From positions 6,977 to 70,976 of the forward strand of contig CAZTGD010000001.1 of the NCBI GenBank assembly GCA_964613055.1: a stretch of DNA of 64,000 bases, read 5' to 3'. The notes below the pieces were generated by a model that did not search any database, was not told the DNA's origin, and saw only the letters and a list, made by a program, of their open reading frames with translations. The DNA is from an uncultured Caldisericales bacterium. Lineage in GTDB: Bacteria; Caldisericota; Caldisericia; JAAYUI01. Each line of letters starts with the position of its first letter. The first letter of the stretch is position 1. This document shows, one piece after another, positions 10,138-20,104 of this stretch. The position numbers and the translations under genes are program-made.

Positions 10138-10327
10138 CACCCTGAAATCAAAACAACCTTGTTTGCATATTCCATTATCCACAGCTATGAAACACCAACA
10201 ACAACCAGCAGGTGATGCTGAGGTTAAAGACGACAAGAACAACACCCAAATACAATACGATGGTCACCAGTTGATCCATAAACCAATAGCTATCGTCTTA
10301 CATAAATATTCTCAATAAATACAAACA

Positions 10328-10351
10328 GGGGGGCCGTCTAAAAAGCCCCCC
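10328..10351 (-). terminator. GC hairpin terminator (GGGGGGC-N10-GCCCCCC) downstream of the 10421..13558 gene
   Basis: 7-bp G/C stem. On the minus strand it is followed by UGUUUGUAUUUAUU. Lies 70-90 nt after the stop of the large surface-protein gene. Confidence 0.45.
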
Positions 10352-10420
10352 ATGTCACAAAACAGTTCTATGTTAAAACAATCAATGCTATGAAAGCATT
10401 GAGCTGACTATCTAATCACT

Positions 10421-13400
10421 CTACTTCTCTGATGGATACACCACCTCAATAGCGCTCTCCTCTGCTATCCAGTTTACATCAGCACCCAGTGACTCACAGG
10501 CAAACCTGAGTGGGAGCATGGTGCGACCATTCACAATTGTTGGATAGAGGACAGTCTGACCATCGGCACCAATGATTGTCGTCTCTACACCATTTATCTT
10601 GGCAGTGGACACATTGTCCACCCAAAGCTGAAGGAACGTATTGCCCAGTGTGACGTCAACCCTTCTGTCAGCATCAATCCAATCAACCGTTGCGCCCAAC
10701 GCCTCAAACACAGCCCTGACTGGCATGTATGAGTTGCCAGCAAGCTCTGCAGGAAGAGGTGGTGACTTGGTTGTAGGCATGGGATCAAGATCATCCGCCT
10801 GTTTGTTATTGATGACAAACTTGGGCTCATTGACCCAGAGTTTGAGCCTTATGGTTTCAACAGTTTCAAACTTGATGTAGCTGTCGATGGTTGATTCATT
10901 CCCAAGCGTGTCAACTGCCTTGACAGTTACAGCGTTGAGGCCAGAGTTGAGTTCAATTTCAAAGCTGAAGTTGCCTTCCAGATCAACTGAAGCTTCTTGA
11001 CCATTTATGAAGACCTTTGCCATAGGTTCAGTCGTTCCTTCAAGCGTAACTGGTGATTGAGAGACGAGTTCTGGAATATCACACTCAATGGCTGGAGGCT
11101 GTGAATCAACGATGAGAGTAAATGGAGTAGGATCAGAAGTTTTTTCACTCATTGTCGAAGCAATGACAGTAACATTGTATTGACCGTCTCCTTCTACGGT
11201 AATCTCTAACTCAAAGGAACCCTCTTCGTCTGACTGGCAGTACCCAACTGGAACATTGTCTATGAGTGCAACAACGCTGTGATTGGGGGATGTTTTCCCT
11301 TTGAGTGTGTATGTGGTTGTTTGCGAACCGGCGAATCCGGGTTCAGGAAGATCGAGTTCAAGGGGGATCTTAGTGGCATCAATGATTACAGTCCTGTTGA
11401 GTTTAAAAACATTACCTGCCTTATCCTTGGAAACCATATTGATTGTGTATTCACCGTCTTCGAGATCCTTGAGTATCACGCTGAACTCACCATTGGCAGA
11501 TACTTCAATGGGTTCATCGTTCACCATCAGTCTCGCTCCACGTTCGGTAGCGCCCTGGAACTCAAATGGAAGGCTGACAATCTTTTGACCCTCCTTAATG
11601 GTTGTTCGGATTATAGGTCTTCTTGTGTCAAGGATTACAACCTTGATAACATCGGCGGCATTTCCATCAGCGTCTTCAGCGTGGAACTTCAGCTCATTGC
11701 GACCCTCGTCAATGGGTATCATATCGCTGAATGTGCCATCTGTTTTAACAGTAACGGGTCTACCGTTAACGCTGAGTGTTGCACCTGGAACGGTTGTACC
11801 CTCTACCTTGAAGCTGTCCTCATTTGTGATTGTGGTATCGTCAAGGTCTATGTCTAGTTTTATTGGGGGTTTTGCAACAACGTTCATTTCAATTGGTATC
11901 GAGAGATTGCCAACACTCGACTCGACATCAATTGATCCACTGTGCATTCCGGGTTCCATACCTTCAGCAGACAGTGTGACCTCGTATGTCTGTGAGAGGG
12001 TGACATACTCTGTTGAAGACAGTGATATCCAATCATCGCTTGGGGTTAGTGTTCCGTTTATCTCACCAGTGTCATTATAATAAACTCGAACGTTTCTCGT
12101 TTTGACTTCATCCGGGTAGATCTGGTTTATCCTGATTGTGGATGGATCTGAGTACAGTCCTACAACCTTTTCGCCATAGCATATGATCCTGTCACCACTG
12201 ACAAACACCTTATCGTTTGCGATCACGGGCATTGGCATAATCATCGACCCACCACCAAACGGCATTCCACCGGACATCATTGTATCATCAGTGAAAACTA
12301 TTTCACCATCTGTGATGTTGGCTATTGAGAATTTGGTTCCTCTTGTGCTGATAACCTTGTCCTTAGTACAGGCAAATTGCATACAAGTGAATGCCATGCC
12401 ACCGGGTGTTTCGTTCTTCCACACAAGAGAGCCTTTGTTCTTGCTGACGCATATTGTATGACTCATGGCGAGTTGGAGAACGATACCTCTTGGTGTGATG
12501 GCAGGTATACCATATAGGCAGAAATCAACAGTTCTTTCATTAGCGTAGTCAATGCTGGAGATATCAAACACCCAGATATCTTCTCCATTCTCAGCGTTGC
12601 ATGCCATGAGTTCGCTGGTGGGCATGACCATCCTTCTACCACCGATTTCACTCGGTACTTTCATTTTAGAGAAGTAGATTCTACCATCTGCATAGGAGAT
12701 TCCTCCTGCAATTTCGCTTTCATCAAGCTTCTTTTCCCATGCTATCTTTCCCTCCTCATCAAATGCAATAACGGCAGAATCATTAATCTCAGGCATTGGA
12801 TTATCAGGATTCATCTTGATCTTTGCTACAGATGTAAATATCTTCCCATCCCCGTATGTCAGCATCATCAGTGGCATCCTGTCTAGATCAGCACTCCAAA
12901 CCTCTGACTGGTTATTTGGATCCATACATACAAACCTGGTGTTACCAATTGTCCGATCCTCACCTATCTCAGTGTATGCAAGATAGATATACTCTTCGCC
13001 AACCAGCCCTCCTGATATTGTGGTGGGTTTTTTTATCACTTCTTTGAAGATCTCGGCTCCATTTTCAGGTGAAATCATACCAATAACAGAACTCACTTCT
13101 GTCTCTTCAGTGGTACTCATCGGGTGACCACCTCCTCCAGGACGACCGCCTCCATGACCTCCACCTCCTGATCCATCTTCTCCACCTCCAGCTTGCATGT
13201 AAGATGTACAGATGAATACGATCTTCCCATCAACATATCCAATTTGAGCTGAACCTATTTCTCCAACCTTATAGCTCCATAGCTCTCGACCATCAGATTG
13301 TTCTAAGCATACAATCACGCCCTGTGATGTGCCAAAAATTATCTTGTCATCGATTGCTATGTGTGATGCAATTGTTCCGTTCTCAGGATAGTATACCCAT

Positions 13401-13558
13401 TCTCTTTGCATTACATCGGGTATGGTTGTGTCTGGTTGATAGTTGGTGTGAGAAGGATCATTAAACATGTTTGGCCAATCTGAATTGGTGGTCGCTGTCA
13501 GTATAAAAGCTGGCACTAGAAGTGCGACTACAACCAGTAATGCAGTAAACTTTCTCAT
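10421..13558 (-). CDS. Large secreted cell-surface protein: PQQ-like beta-propeller repeats, Gly-rich linker, Ig-like repeats, C-terminal copper-amine-oxidase-N-like (stalk) domains
   Basis: Start refined to ATG 13558 (MRKFTALLVVVALLVPAFILTA signal peptide, GGAG RBS), clearing the eno stop. Low-complexity GGGEDGSGGGGHGGGRPGGGGHP segment. Repeated W/Y-rich propeller motifs. C-terminal VPLRFACESLGADVNWIAEE stalk-type repeats. Confidence 0.7.
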   Translation of the reverse strand: MRKFTALLVVVALLVPAFILTATTNSDWPNMFNDPSHTNYQPDTTIPDVMQREWVYYPENGTIASHIAIDDKIIFGTSQGVIVCLEQSDGRELWSYKVGEIGSAQIGYVDGKIVFICTSYMQAGGGEDGSGGGGHGGGRPGGGGHPMSTTEETEVSSVIGMISPENGAEIFKEVIKKPTTISGGLVGEEYIYLAYTEIGEDRTIGNTRFVCMDPNNQSEVWSADLDRMPLMMLTYGDGKIFTSVAKIKMNPDNPMPEINDSAVIAFDEEGKIAWEKKLDESEIAGGISYADGRIYFSKMKVPSEIGGRRMVMPTSELMACNAENGEDIWVFDISSIDYANERTVDFCLYGIPAITPRGIVLQLAMSHTICVSKNKGSLVWKNETPGGMAFTCMQFACTKDKVISTRGTKFSIANITDGEIVFTDDTMMSGGMPFGGGSMIMPMPVIANDKVFVSGDRIICYGEKVVGLYSDPSTIRINQIYPDEVKTRNVRVYYNDTGEINGTLTPSDDWISLSSTEYVTLSQTYEVTLSAEGMEPGMHSGSIDVESSVGNLSIPIEMNVVAKPPIKLDIDLDDTTITNEDSFKVEGTTVPGATLSVNGRPVTVKTDGTFSDMIPIDEGRNELKFHAEDADGNAADVIKVVILDTRRPIIRTTIKEGQKIVSLPFEFQGATERGARLMVNDEPIEVSANGEFSVILKDLEDGEYTINMVSKDKAGNVFKLNRTVIIDATKIPLELDLPEPGFAGSQTTTYTLKGKTSPNHSVVALIDNVPVGYCQSDEEGSFELEITVEGDGQYNVTVIASTMSEKTSDPTPFTLIVDSQPPAIECDIPELVSQSPVTLEGTTEPMAKVFINGQEASVDLEGNFSFEIELNSGLNAVTVKAVDTLGNESTIDSYIKFETVETIRLKLWVNEPKFVINNKQADDLDPMPTTKSPPLPAELAGNSYMPVRAVFEALGATVDWIDADRRVDVTLGNTFLQLWVDNVSTAKINGVETTIIGADGQTVLYPTIVNGRTMLPLRFACESLGADVNWIAEESAIEVVYPSEK

Positions 13559-13571
13559 ATTGTCTTCTCCT

Positions 13572-14828
13572 TTAGATAACGCCATAAGTAGCGTTTTCAC
13601 CGAGTTCTTCTTCGATTCGAAGTAACTCATTGTATTTTTCAACACGTTCAGTTCGAGCTGGAGCGCCAGTCTTTATCTGTCCACTCCTGGAAGCTACCGC
13701 CAGGTGTGCAATGAAACTGTCTGCAGTTTCACCCGAACGGTGAGAAATAACGTAGCTGTAGCCGCTTTTTCTGGCAAGCTCAATCGTTTCCCACGTCTCT
13801 TTGACACTACCGATTTGATTTAGTTTAATTAGTATTGAATTGGCAAATTTGTCTTCAATTCCCTTCTTGAATATCCCTCGATTTGTAACGAACAGGTCAT
13901 CACCAACAACCTGTATTTTATCTCTGAGGGCTTTTGTGTGAAGCTTCCATCCATCGGCATCCTGCTCTGCCATGCCATCTTCAATTGATACGATTGGGTA
14001 TTTATCTATCATCTTTTCATACCAAGCATTAAGGTCATATGAGGTGATCTGTTTACCCTCGAATGAATATTTCCCGTCTTCATATATCTCTGATGATGCG
14101 GCATCTATTGTTAGTTCACAGTCCTCACCAGGTTTATAGCCAGCCTTCTTGATGGCGTTCATCAATAGCTGGAATGCTTCCTCGTGACTCTCAAGGTCTG
14201 GTGCGAAGCCACCTTCATCGCCTACAGCTGTAGACAAACCCTTTTCGTTCAATATCTTCTTGAGTGTGTGGTAAATCTCGATTCCCATCCTCAAACCCTC
14301 TGAGAATGTATCTGCGCCAGAGGGGAAGATCATGAATTCCTGCAAGTCAAGATTGTTGCTTGCATGAGCTCCACCGTTAATCACATTCATCATTGGCACA
14401 GGTAGATGACTAGCCATTGCTCCACCAAGATATCTGTACAGTGGCATATTAAGCGAATTTGCACCAGCTCTGGCAACAGCCAATGATACTGCAAGGATTG
14501 CGTTTGCTCCTAGTTTACTCTTGTTCTTAGTCCCATCGAGTTTCAGCAGAAGACTATCAACTCCAGCCTGATCGAATACATTGAAGTCAAACAGGGAGTT
14601 GGTGATCTTGTCATTGATCGTGTTTATTGCTGTTTCTACGGATTTACCCATGTAGTATTTTGGATTGCCGTCTCTCAATTCAAGAGCCTCTCGCATTCCG
14701 GTTGACGCTCCAGATGGAACAGCGGCTCTTCCAATGATTCCGTCAGAAGTAACTACGTCCGCTTCTATAGTTGGGTTACCTCTGGAATCGATTATCTGTC
14801 TGGCTGTTACGTTTTCAATTGTACTCAT
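13572..14828 (-). CDS. eno: Enolase (phosphopyruvate hydratase)
   Basis: [17 protein letters not shown]...[16 protein letters not shown]...[10 protein letters not shown] are canonical enolase motifs. Confidence 0.92.
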   Translation of the reverse strand: MSTIENVTARQIIDSRGNPTIEADVVTSDGIIGRAAVPSGASTGMREALELRDGNPKYYMGKSVETAINTINDKITNSLFDFNVFDQAGVDSLLLKLDGTKNKSKLGANAILAVSLAVARAGANSLNMPLYRYLGGAMASHLPVPMMNVINGGAHASNNLDLQEFMIFPSGADTFSEGLRMGIEIYHTLKKILNEKGLSTAVGDEGGFAPDLESHEEAFQLLMNAIKKAGYKPGEDCELTIDAASSEIYEDGKYSFEGKQITSYDLNAWYEKMIDKYPIVSIEDGMAEQDADGWKLHTKALRDKIQVVGDDLFVTNRGIFKKGIEDKFANSILIKLNQIGSVKETWETIELARKSGYSYVISHRSGETADSFIAHLAVASRSGQIKTGAPARTERVEKYNELLRIEEELGENATYGVI

Positions 14829-14938
14829 AATCAGTCATTTCCTTTCGTCGGGGATATCAGCCCTTGACCTGACCATGTATATGATTATATATTACACACA
14901 TTCTGTGGCAAGCCCATTTACGGTCACAGAATGGTCGT

Positions 14939-15025
14939 GCCGAAGTGGCGGAATTGGTAGACGCGCATGGTTCAGGTCCATGTCCAGGCAACTGGGTGGG
15001 GGTTCAAGTCCCTTCTTCGGCACCA
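14939..15025 (+). tRNA. tRNA-Leu (anticodon CAG), long variable arm, encoded CCA
   Basis: Manual fold. Acceptor GCCGAAG/CTTCGGC. Anticodon stem CATGG/CCATG with loop TTCAGGT. Variable stem CCAG/CTGG. 3' terminal ACCA. Confidence 0.85.
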
Positions 15026-15067
15026 CTGTTTCTTAGAACCCATACAAATATCAGCTGTATTGATAAT

Positions 15068-17257
15068 ATGAGGTTATCATCTCTTGTTCTTGTTGTGACC
15101 GCTATTGTGACTACGTCTGTCGTGTCTTCATCATTAATTGCTGTTGACGATTACAGAAAAGCTCCCGCTCCACCTTTTTCTTTGACATCAAAAGTGGATA
15201 TTGAAGCTGGATATCTTTCAAAATATCCACCAGTCTCGTTTAGGGATGGGTATATTTTTGGTGACTCCAAAGGGAGACTGCAGTACATAGTTGGTGACAG
15301 TTGCTGGATGAGTGTCTCTGTTGATGGTTCAGATATCAAGTCAGCACCAATTCTGGATGGGGATATCGTATTAGTTGGTACAATGGCAGGTACGTTGGCA
15401 AGTATTCATATGCCATCTGGAGAGTTGCGATGGGCGTTCAAAGCGAAGAATGCAATTATTGGAAGACCTCTTGTAGCAGAGGATAATGTTTATTTTGGCA
15501 GTGCTGATGAGAGATTCTATTGCCTCAACTTAGAAGATGGTTCAAAAGTATTTGAATATCAAACCAATGCTCCGATATGGAGTACTCCTTGTGTTGTGGG
15601 TGATAGTGTGATTTTTGGGTGTGATGATGATTCAGTTTATTGTATCAACAGGTTTGATGGAGAGCTAATTTGGGTGTTCAAGTGCGATGGCTGGGTGGAG
15701 GCAGAACCTGTAGTTGATGATATTTTTATATACATAGGTACTTTGGGTGGGAGTGTGTATAAAATAGATATCTTAACAGGTGAATTGGAATGGAAAATAC
15801 AACTTAATGATGCAGTTCATTCAAAGGGTGTGCAGATAGATAACAGGTATTTTACCGCTGATGACTCGGGATCGATAACATGTTTGGATACTTTCAACGG
15901 AGAAATTATCTGGCAGAGAACAGACTACTCCGCAATTGATACGCCTTTAGAGACAAATGGGGAGTTGATCTATTTTACCGACGAAAACAAGAGGTTTGTT
16001 TGTTTGGATGTGTTTGGTGATCAACTCTGGAGAAGGAATATGATTCATGCGGTTCGGAGTGGTGTTTTGGTGGATGAGTACACTCTTGTTATGGTGAGTT
16101 CAGATGGATTTCTTGAATGTTGGGATGAATGTGGTTATGTAGAGGTTACACCAAAGAACCGTTATCTGGGAGAGGTTGCTGAGGAGGATGGTTTTTTTTC
16201 ATTCAGGATGGATATTGTATCAGGTAGAAAGGATGATCGAGCTTCCCAGGGGATGATCGATTATAGACCTTTTGAAGCGGGGAAAAGGTGCAAAGCAGTT
16301 CAATTCAAGGAGTTGGGAATATCCTATATCAAGAATTTGCGGGTATTCAGCTATGAAGGAAACATAGATCTTTCAGATCCGTCCTTCTGTGATGGATCGA
16401 ACGATTTCGTTGTATATTTTGGTATCGGTCAACCGTTAAGCGAGGGTGATGGGATTTACCAGTCTCCCAGCTCAGATGGAATGGTTCACACTCGGTTTAC
16501 CTTTGATTTGGTTAGTGACAGGTCAGATTGTCAGACATGCGAGCCATGTTATAAAGTCAGCATAACGCCCAATAATACACCCTATTTCAAACGAAATGAG
16601 TCTGGGAGTTTTGAGATACAAGTTTCGTCTGCAGACGATATCAACAGGGAGATAGAGATTAATATAGAGGGCATAAAGGGAATCGAAAGTGAGGAACTCA
16701 AACTGATGCAGGAAGATGGTTTAGTGTCTCACCAAATTGAGTTCGATTGCATGGATCTGCCTGGAGGTTCGTATTTTCAGATACCGATCAGTATATCGTG
16801 TGTGACCTGCCCCAGACCAAATGAGAAAATGAGGTCTGATTGGCATTCAAACAGAACGATCAGTTTCACAACAGACCCCAGGCTGAGGATAGATATGAAA
16901 CCTGATTCGGTGGATGTGTTGGTCAACGGTAATCCAGTAAGACTCGATGTGCCAGCCAGGATAGTTGATGGCAGAACTCTTGTGCCTATAAGATTTGTAG
17001 CCGAAACGTTTGGTTGTGATGTATCTTGGGAGCAGGAAACAAAGAAGGTAACTATAATTAAAGATGAAACTGTTCTCAATTACTGGGCGTATCAAAAGAG
17101 AGCCAGATTCAATGGACTTGATGTGGAAATCGATGTTGGTCCCATAATCGAAAGGGGACGAACACTCGTTCCCTTTCGCTCAGTTGCCGAATCACTTGGA
17201 GCTTATGTACGGTGGATAGCTACATCAAGAGATATAATAATTGATTGGGAGTTTTAG
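15068..17257 (+). CDS. Secreted PQQ-like beta-propeller repeat protein with two C-terminal copper-amine-oxidase-N-like (stalk) domains
   Basis: The table ORF (14945) starts inside the tRNA. ATG 15068 gives signal peptide MRLSSLVLVVTAIVTTSVVSS. Repeated propeller motifs (DG..W, YF.TADDSG). C-terminal RTLVPIRFVAETFGCDVSWE and RTLVPFRSVAESLGAYVRW. Confidence 0.7.
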   Translation: MRLSSLVLVVTAIVTTSVVSSSLIAVDDYRKAPAPPFSLTSKVDIEAGYLSKYPPVSFRDGYIFGDSKGRLQYIVGDSCWMSVSVDGSDIKSAPILDGDIVLVGTMAGTLASIHMPSGELRWAFKAKNAIIGRPLVAEDNVYFGSADERFYCLNLEDGSKVFEYQTNAPIWSTPCVVGDSVIFGCDDDSVYCINRFDGELIWVFKCDGWVEAEPVVDDIFIYIGTLGGSVYKIDILTGELEWKIQLNDAVHSKGVQIDNRYFTADDSGSITCLDTFNGEIIWQRTDYSAIDTPLETNGELIYFTDENKRFVCLDVFGDQLWRRNMIHAVRSGVLVDEYTLVMVSSDGFLECWDECGYVEVTPKNRYLGEVAEEDGFFSFRMDIVSGRKDDRASQGMIDYRPFEAGKRCKAVQFKELGISYIKNLRVFSYEGNIDLSDPSFCDGSNDFVVYFGIGQPLSEGDGIYQSPSSDGMVHTRFTFDLVSDRSDCQTCEPCYKVSITPNNTPYFKRNESGSFEIQVSSADDINREIEINIEGIKGIESEELKLMQEDGLVSHQIEFDCMDLPGGSYFQIPISISCVTCPRPNEKMRSDWHSNRTISFTTDPRLRIDMKPDSVDVLVNGNPVRLDVPARIVDGRTLVPIRFVAETFGCDVSWEQETKKVTIIKDETVLNYWAYQKRARFNGLDVEIDVGPIIERGRTLVPFRSVAESLGAYVRWIATSRDIIIDWEF

Positions 17258-18837
17258 TTTTCGCTGACAGTTTCCCTTGCAAAGCATGCATCAATATGCT
17301 CTTGTGGCAGTTTATTAGTGTATTTGGAAACAACAAAAAGGGTGATGATTGAGAACAAAAGACCAACAAAACCTGGCTCAATGAAATTCAATGGGTGAAT
17401 GTTTGTTAGTGATTTAATGCCAAGTGTTCCACCGTTAAAAATGAATGTCCACAGAAGCGAAACAGCCAATCCCACTATCATTGAGCTAACGGCACCCGCT
17501 TTGGTTGCACCTCTCCAGAACAGCGCTCCGATGGTTGGAGCGAGGAATGTCCCCGCCGCTATGGCGAAGAAAAAGGCGGTGCATTTGGCAATCATACCAG
17601 CTGGAAGGATGAATATACCGAGTATGAATGTTAGTATTATTGATACTGCAATACCTACTCTTTTCCACAACAGAGTATTTTTAGTTTTTCTATTTTTTGC
17701 GATGTTATCTTCGTAAACGTCCTTTCCAATGGAGGTGCCAATCGTGTGGAACTGTGCAGATGATGTCGATATGCCTGCTGATATGAGAGTCAACAGGAAA
17801 ACATAAACAAACCATTTAGGCATGTATGTGGTTATTAGCTGTGGTATTACCTGGTCTACGTTCGAACCTACAATACCCATAGAGGTTTTCCCAAAGTCAT
17901 TAAAAAATGCTACATTGGATAATGATCCAGCTATATATGCACCACCAACGACGATGAGGATAAAGACAGCCCCAACAGCCATCGCCCTGGTCAGATCTCT
18001 ATTGCTTTTAACGGTCATGAAACGAACTAGTAGTTGAGGTTGAGATAAAACACCAACACCGATACCCATCATCAGTGTAGAGATGGTCAGCCACCAGAAT
18101 TGAGAGTTGAATACGGGGAAGGATGTCCATCCAGTGTGTCCTGCCTGTGCCAGCTTATCAGTTATGAGGTGGGACATCGAAGTCAACTGACTGTGAGCTG
18201 ATGTTATTCCACCAAGTTTTATATAGATAAATACTAAGATTCCAATCATACTCACCAGCATTATCGAACCCAGCAGGGAATCTGAATACACAACACCTTT
18301 GAGTCCTCCGGTGATAACGTATACAGCCACAATGATAATGTATATCAGTGCAAGCCAGGCAATGTCAATTCCAAACACTGGTACCATGAACTCAGCTGCA
18401 CCTTTCATCACTGCCGCGGCGTACAGAGGCATGAATATAAAGATGACAAGACCTGAGAACCATTGGGCGAAACTTGAACCAAACCTTTTCCCCAGAAACT
18501 CTGAAAATGTCTGTGATTTCAGATTTTTACCCATCTGTCTCATTCGCTTGCCAAACACCATGTAGGCAATCAGTATACCAATGGCAATGTTGAGGAAAAC
18601 GACCCACATCAGTGAGAACCCGAGTTTACCAGCAAGTCCGCCAAAGCCTATGATTGCAGATGTTGATATGAAAGCGGCACCATATGACAGCGCCATCATA
18701 TATGGATTTACAGAGCCTCCAGCCAGTAGATAGTCCTTTGTCGAGGATGTTCTTTTGTATCCCAGCCAAGCGAGGAAACCGAGTATCAGCAAGAATCCAA
18801 TCAGAATGGGTAAGAAAATTTTGACATCAACTAACAC
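17254..18837 (-). CDS. Sodium:solute symporter family (SSF) transporter
   Basis: About 13 predicted TM helices; SSF-like sequence. Probable GTG start at 18837 with AGGAGG 5 nt upstream, immediately after the stop of the upstream mini-ORF. The table start is 18870. Confidence 0.75.
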   Translation of the reverse strand: MLVDVKIFLPILIGFLLILGFLAWLGYKRTSSTKDYLLAGGSVNPYMMALSYGAAFISTSAIIGFGGLAGKLGFSLMWVVFLNIAIGILIAYMVFGKRMRQMGKNLKSQTFSEFLGKRFGSSFAQWFSGLVIFIFMPLYAAAVMKGAAEFMVPVFGIDIAWLALIYIIIVAVYVITGGLKGVVYSDSLLGSIMLVSMIGILVFIYIKLGGITSAHSQLTSMSHLITDKLAQAGHTGWTSFPVFNSQFWWLTISTLMMGIGVGVLSQPQLLVRFMTVKSNRDLTRAMAVGAVFILIVVGGAYIAGSLSNVAFFNDFGKTSMGIVGSNVDQVIPQLITTYMPKWFVYVFLLTLISAGISTSSAQFHTIGTSIGKDVYEDNIAKNRKTKNTLLWKRVGIAVSIILTFILGIFILPAGMIAKCTAFFFAIAAGTFLAPTIGALFWRGATKAGAVSSMIVGLAVSLLWTFIFNGGTLGIKSLTNIHPLNFIEPGFVGLLFSIITLFVVSKYTNKLPQEHIDACFARETVSEN

Positions 18838-18838
18838 A

Positions 18839-18946
18839 CTAAGCCTCCTTGTTCCAGAAGACAATACCAATAATCACACAGACTACAGCTGACAGAATGG
18901 TCAGAATGAATCCGAGAAATGTAGTAAAATCGGCGAATCCAAGCAT
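18839..18946 (-). CDS. 35-aa hydrophobic mini-protein (MLGFADFTTFLGFILTILSAVVCVIIGIVFWNKEA), symporter-associated small subunit-like
   Basis: ATG with AAGGAGG RBS. Single TM helix. Its stop lies 2 nt before the SSF transporter start. Too short for the ORF table. Resembles the small DUF-type peptides found next to SSF transporters, but this cannot be verified here. Confidence 0.45.
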   Translation of the reverse strand: MLGFADFTTFLGFILTILSAVVCVIIGIVFWNKEA

Positions 18947-18977
18947 AATAATCCTCCTTGTGGTTTATGATTCGCCG

Positions 18978-19005
18978 ATTATAGCATAAAAATGTAGAAT
19001 CACAA
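18978..19005 (-). promoter_or_regulatory. Candidate sigma-70 promoter (TTGTGA -16- TATAAT) driving the mini-ORF and symporter
   Basis: Reverse complement of 18978-19005 reads TTGTGA-16 nt-TATAAT, about 30 nt upstream of the mini-ORF RBS. Confidence 0.35.
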
Positions 19006-19006
19006 A

Positions 19007-19684
19007 TTATCGATTGTCAGTTTTTACTTGTTCTAGTTTATTCTCTATCCAATCAAACCAGGCATGAAGACCATCTCCCGATTTGATGGAGAAAGAGATG
19101 ATGTCCAGTTTTGAGTTCACTTTTAGGGCATCCTGCTTGAAGTCATCAATGTTGAAGTCACAGTATGGAATAAGGTCCAGCTTGTTGATTAGAACGCAGT
19201 CTGAAACCCTGAATGCTAGAGGATACTTTGCTGGTTTGTCGTCACCCTCGGGAACTGAGAAAAGGAGAATCTTTGAGTGTTCACCTAGTTCATATGCCGC
19301 AGGGCAAACGAGGTTTCCAACGTTTTCAATGAATATAATATCAAGATTATCGAGGGGAAGCCCCTCGATTGCCTCTTTAACCTGCGATGCTGTAAGGTGA
19401 CAGGAAGAACCAGTACCGGCTGTGTTAATGAGGGATACTGGGACATGCATCTTTTCGAGTCTTCTTGCATCCCTGTTGGTTTCGGGATCGCCCTCTACCA
19501 CTGCGAGAAGGTAGTCATTTTTAAACCTGGAGAGTGTTTTCTCAAGTAGAGATGTTTTCCCAGAGCCTGGAGAGCTGATCATATTCAGGGCAAGTATCCC
19601 TTTTGAATCAAATGTTTTCCTCAAATAATCTGCTATCTTCTCTGTCTTAAAATCAACTTTCTTCTTTATATCAATCTCCATCAT
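19007..19684 (-). CDS. hypB: Hydrogenase/urease nickel-incorporation GTPase HypB
   Basis: ISSPGSGKTSLLEKT (P-loop) and ENVGNLVCPAAYELGE are HypB signatures. Start refined to ATG 19684 (GGAGG RBS). The table ORF extends into hypA. Confidence 0.85.
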   Translation of the reverse strand: MMEIDIKKKVDFKTEKIADYLRKTFDSKGILALNMISSPGSGKTSLLEKTLSRFKNDYLLAVVEGDPETNRDARRLEKMHVPVSLINTAGTGSSCHLTASQVKEAIEGLPLDNLDIIFIENVGNLVCPAAYELGEHSKILLFSVPEGDDKPAKYPLAFRVSDCVLINKLDLIPYCDFNIDDFKQDALKVNSKLDIISFSIKSGDGLHAWFDWIENKLEQVKTDNR

Positions 19685-20024
19685 CAACCTCCATATGTAT
19701 TTTTTCAACAATGAGGTCTCTACCTGAGACCATTTTGCAATCGCCACTTCCACACTCAGGGCATGTAAAATCGTAACCCTCTGCACTGAAACTATTTCCA
19801 CAGTTTGAACAAACGAGTTCTGGGTCAACCAGTTTAAATTCGATCTTCATCCCACTACATACAGAATCTTGTGAGATCGTTTCCAGCAAGAACACAAGAG
19901 AATCAGGCATGATTCCAGACATACGCCCGATGATGAGTTTTACGCCCTTAACGGTAGCGTGCCTCGACTCAGCCTCGCTTTTGAGAAGATCAAAGACCTG
20001 GTTTGCTATCCCAAGTTCGTGCAT
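19671..20024 (-). CDS. hypA: Hydrogenase nickel-insertion metallochaperone HypA
   Basis: MHELGIANQV... N-terminus with zinc knuckle CSNCG...CPECG. Overlaps the hypB start. Confidence 0.85.
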   Translation of the reverse strand: MHELGIANQVFDLLKSEAESRHATVKGVKLIIGRMSGIMPDSLVFLLETISQDSVCSGMKIEFKLVDPELVCSNCGNSFSAEGYDFTCPECGSGDCKMVSGRDLIVEKIHMEVDDGD

Positions 20025-20104
20025 GATTAGCATGTTAACACACCTGTCAGATAATACAGTGAATTAAACATTAGAACTTGACGGTGATAAAGATACAAAC
20101 TTAA

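Noticed and set aside
10138-10245. Cys-rich 36-aa N-terminal extension (MLFLSSLTSASPAGCCWCFIAVDNGICKQGCFDF) of ORF 8011..10245
   Set aside because: Probably not translated. ATG 10137 gives an N-terminus parallel to the paralogue (short cytoplasmic tail then TM). Kept only as an uncertainty in the start call.
11279-12461. Several 100-190-aa plus-strand ORFs (11279..11857, 11598..12080, 12183..12461) inside the large surface-protein gene
   Set aside because: Antisense to a well-supported 3.1-kb CDS. Low-complexity translations typical of shadow ORFs.
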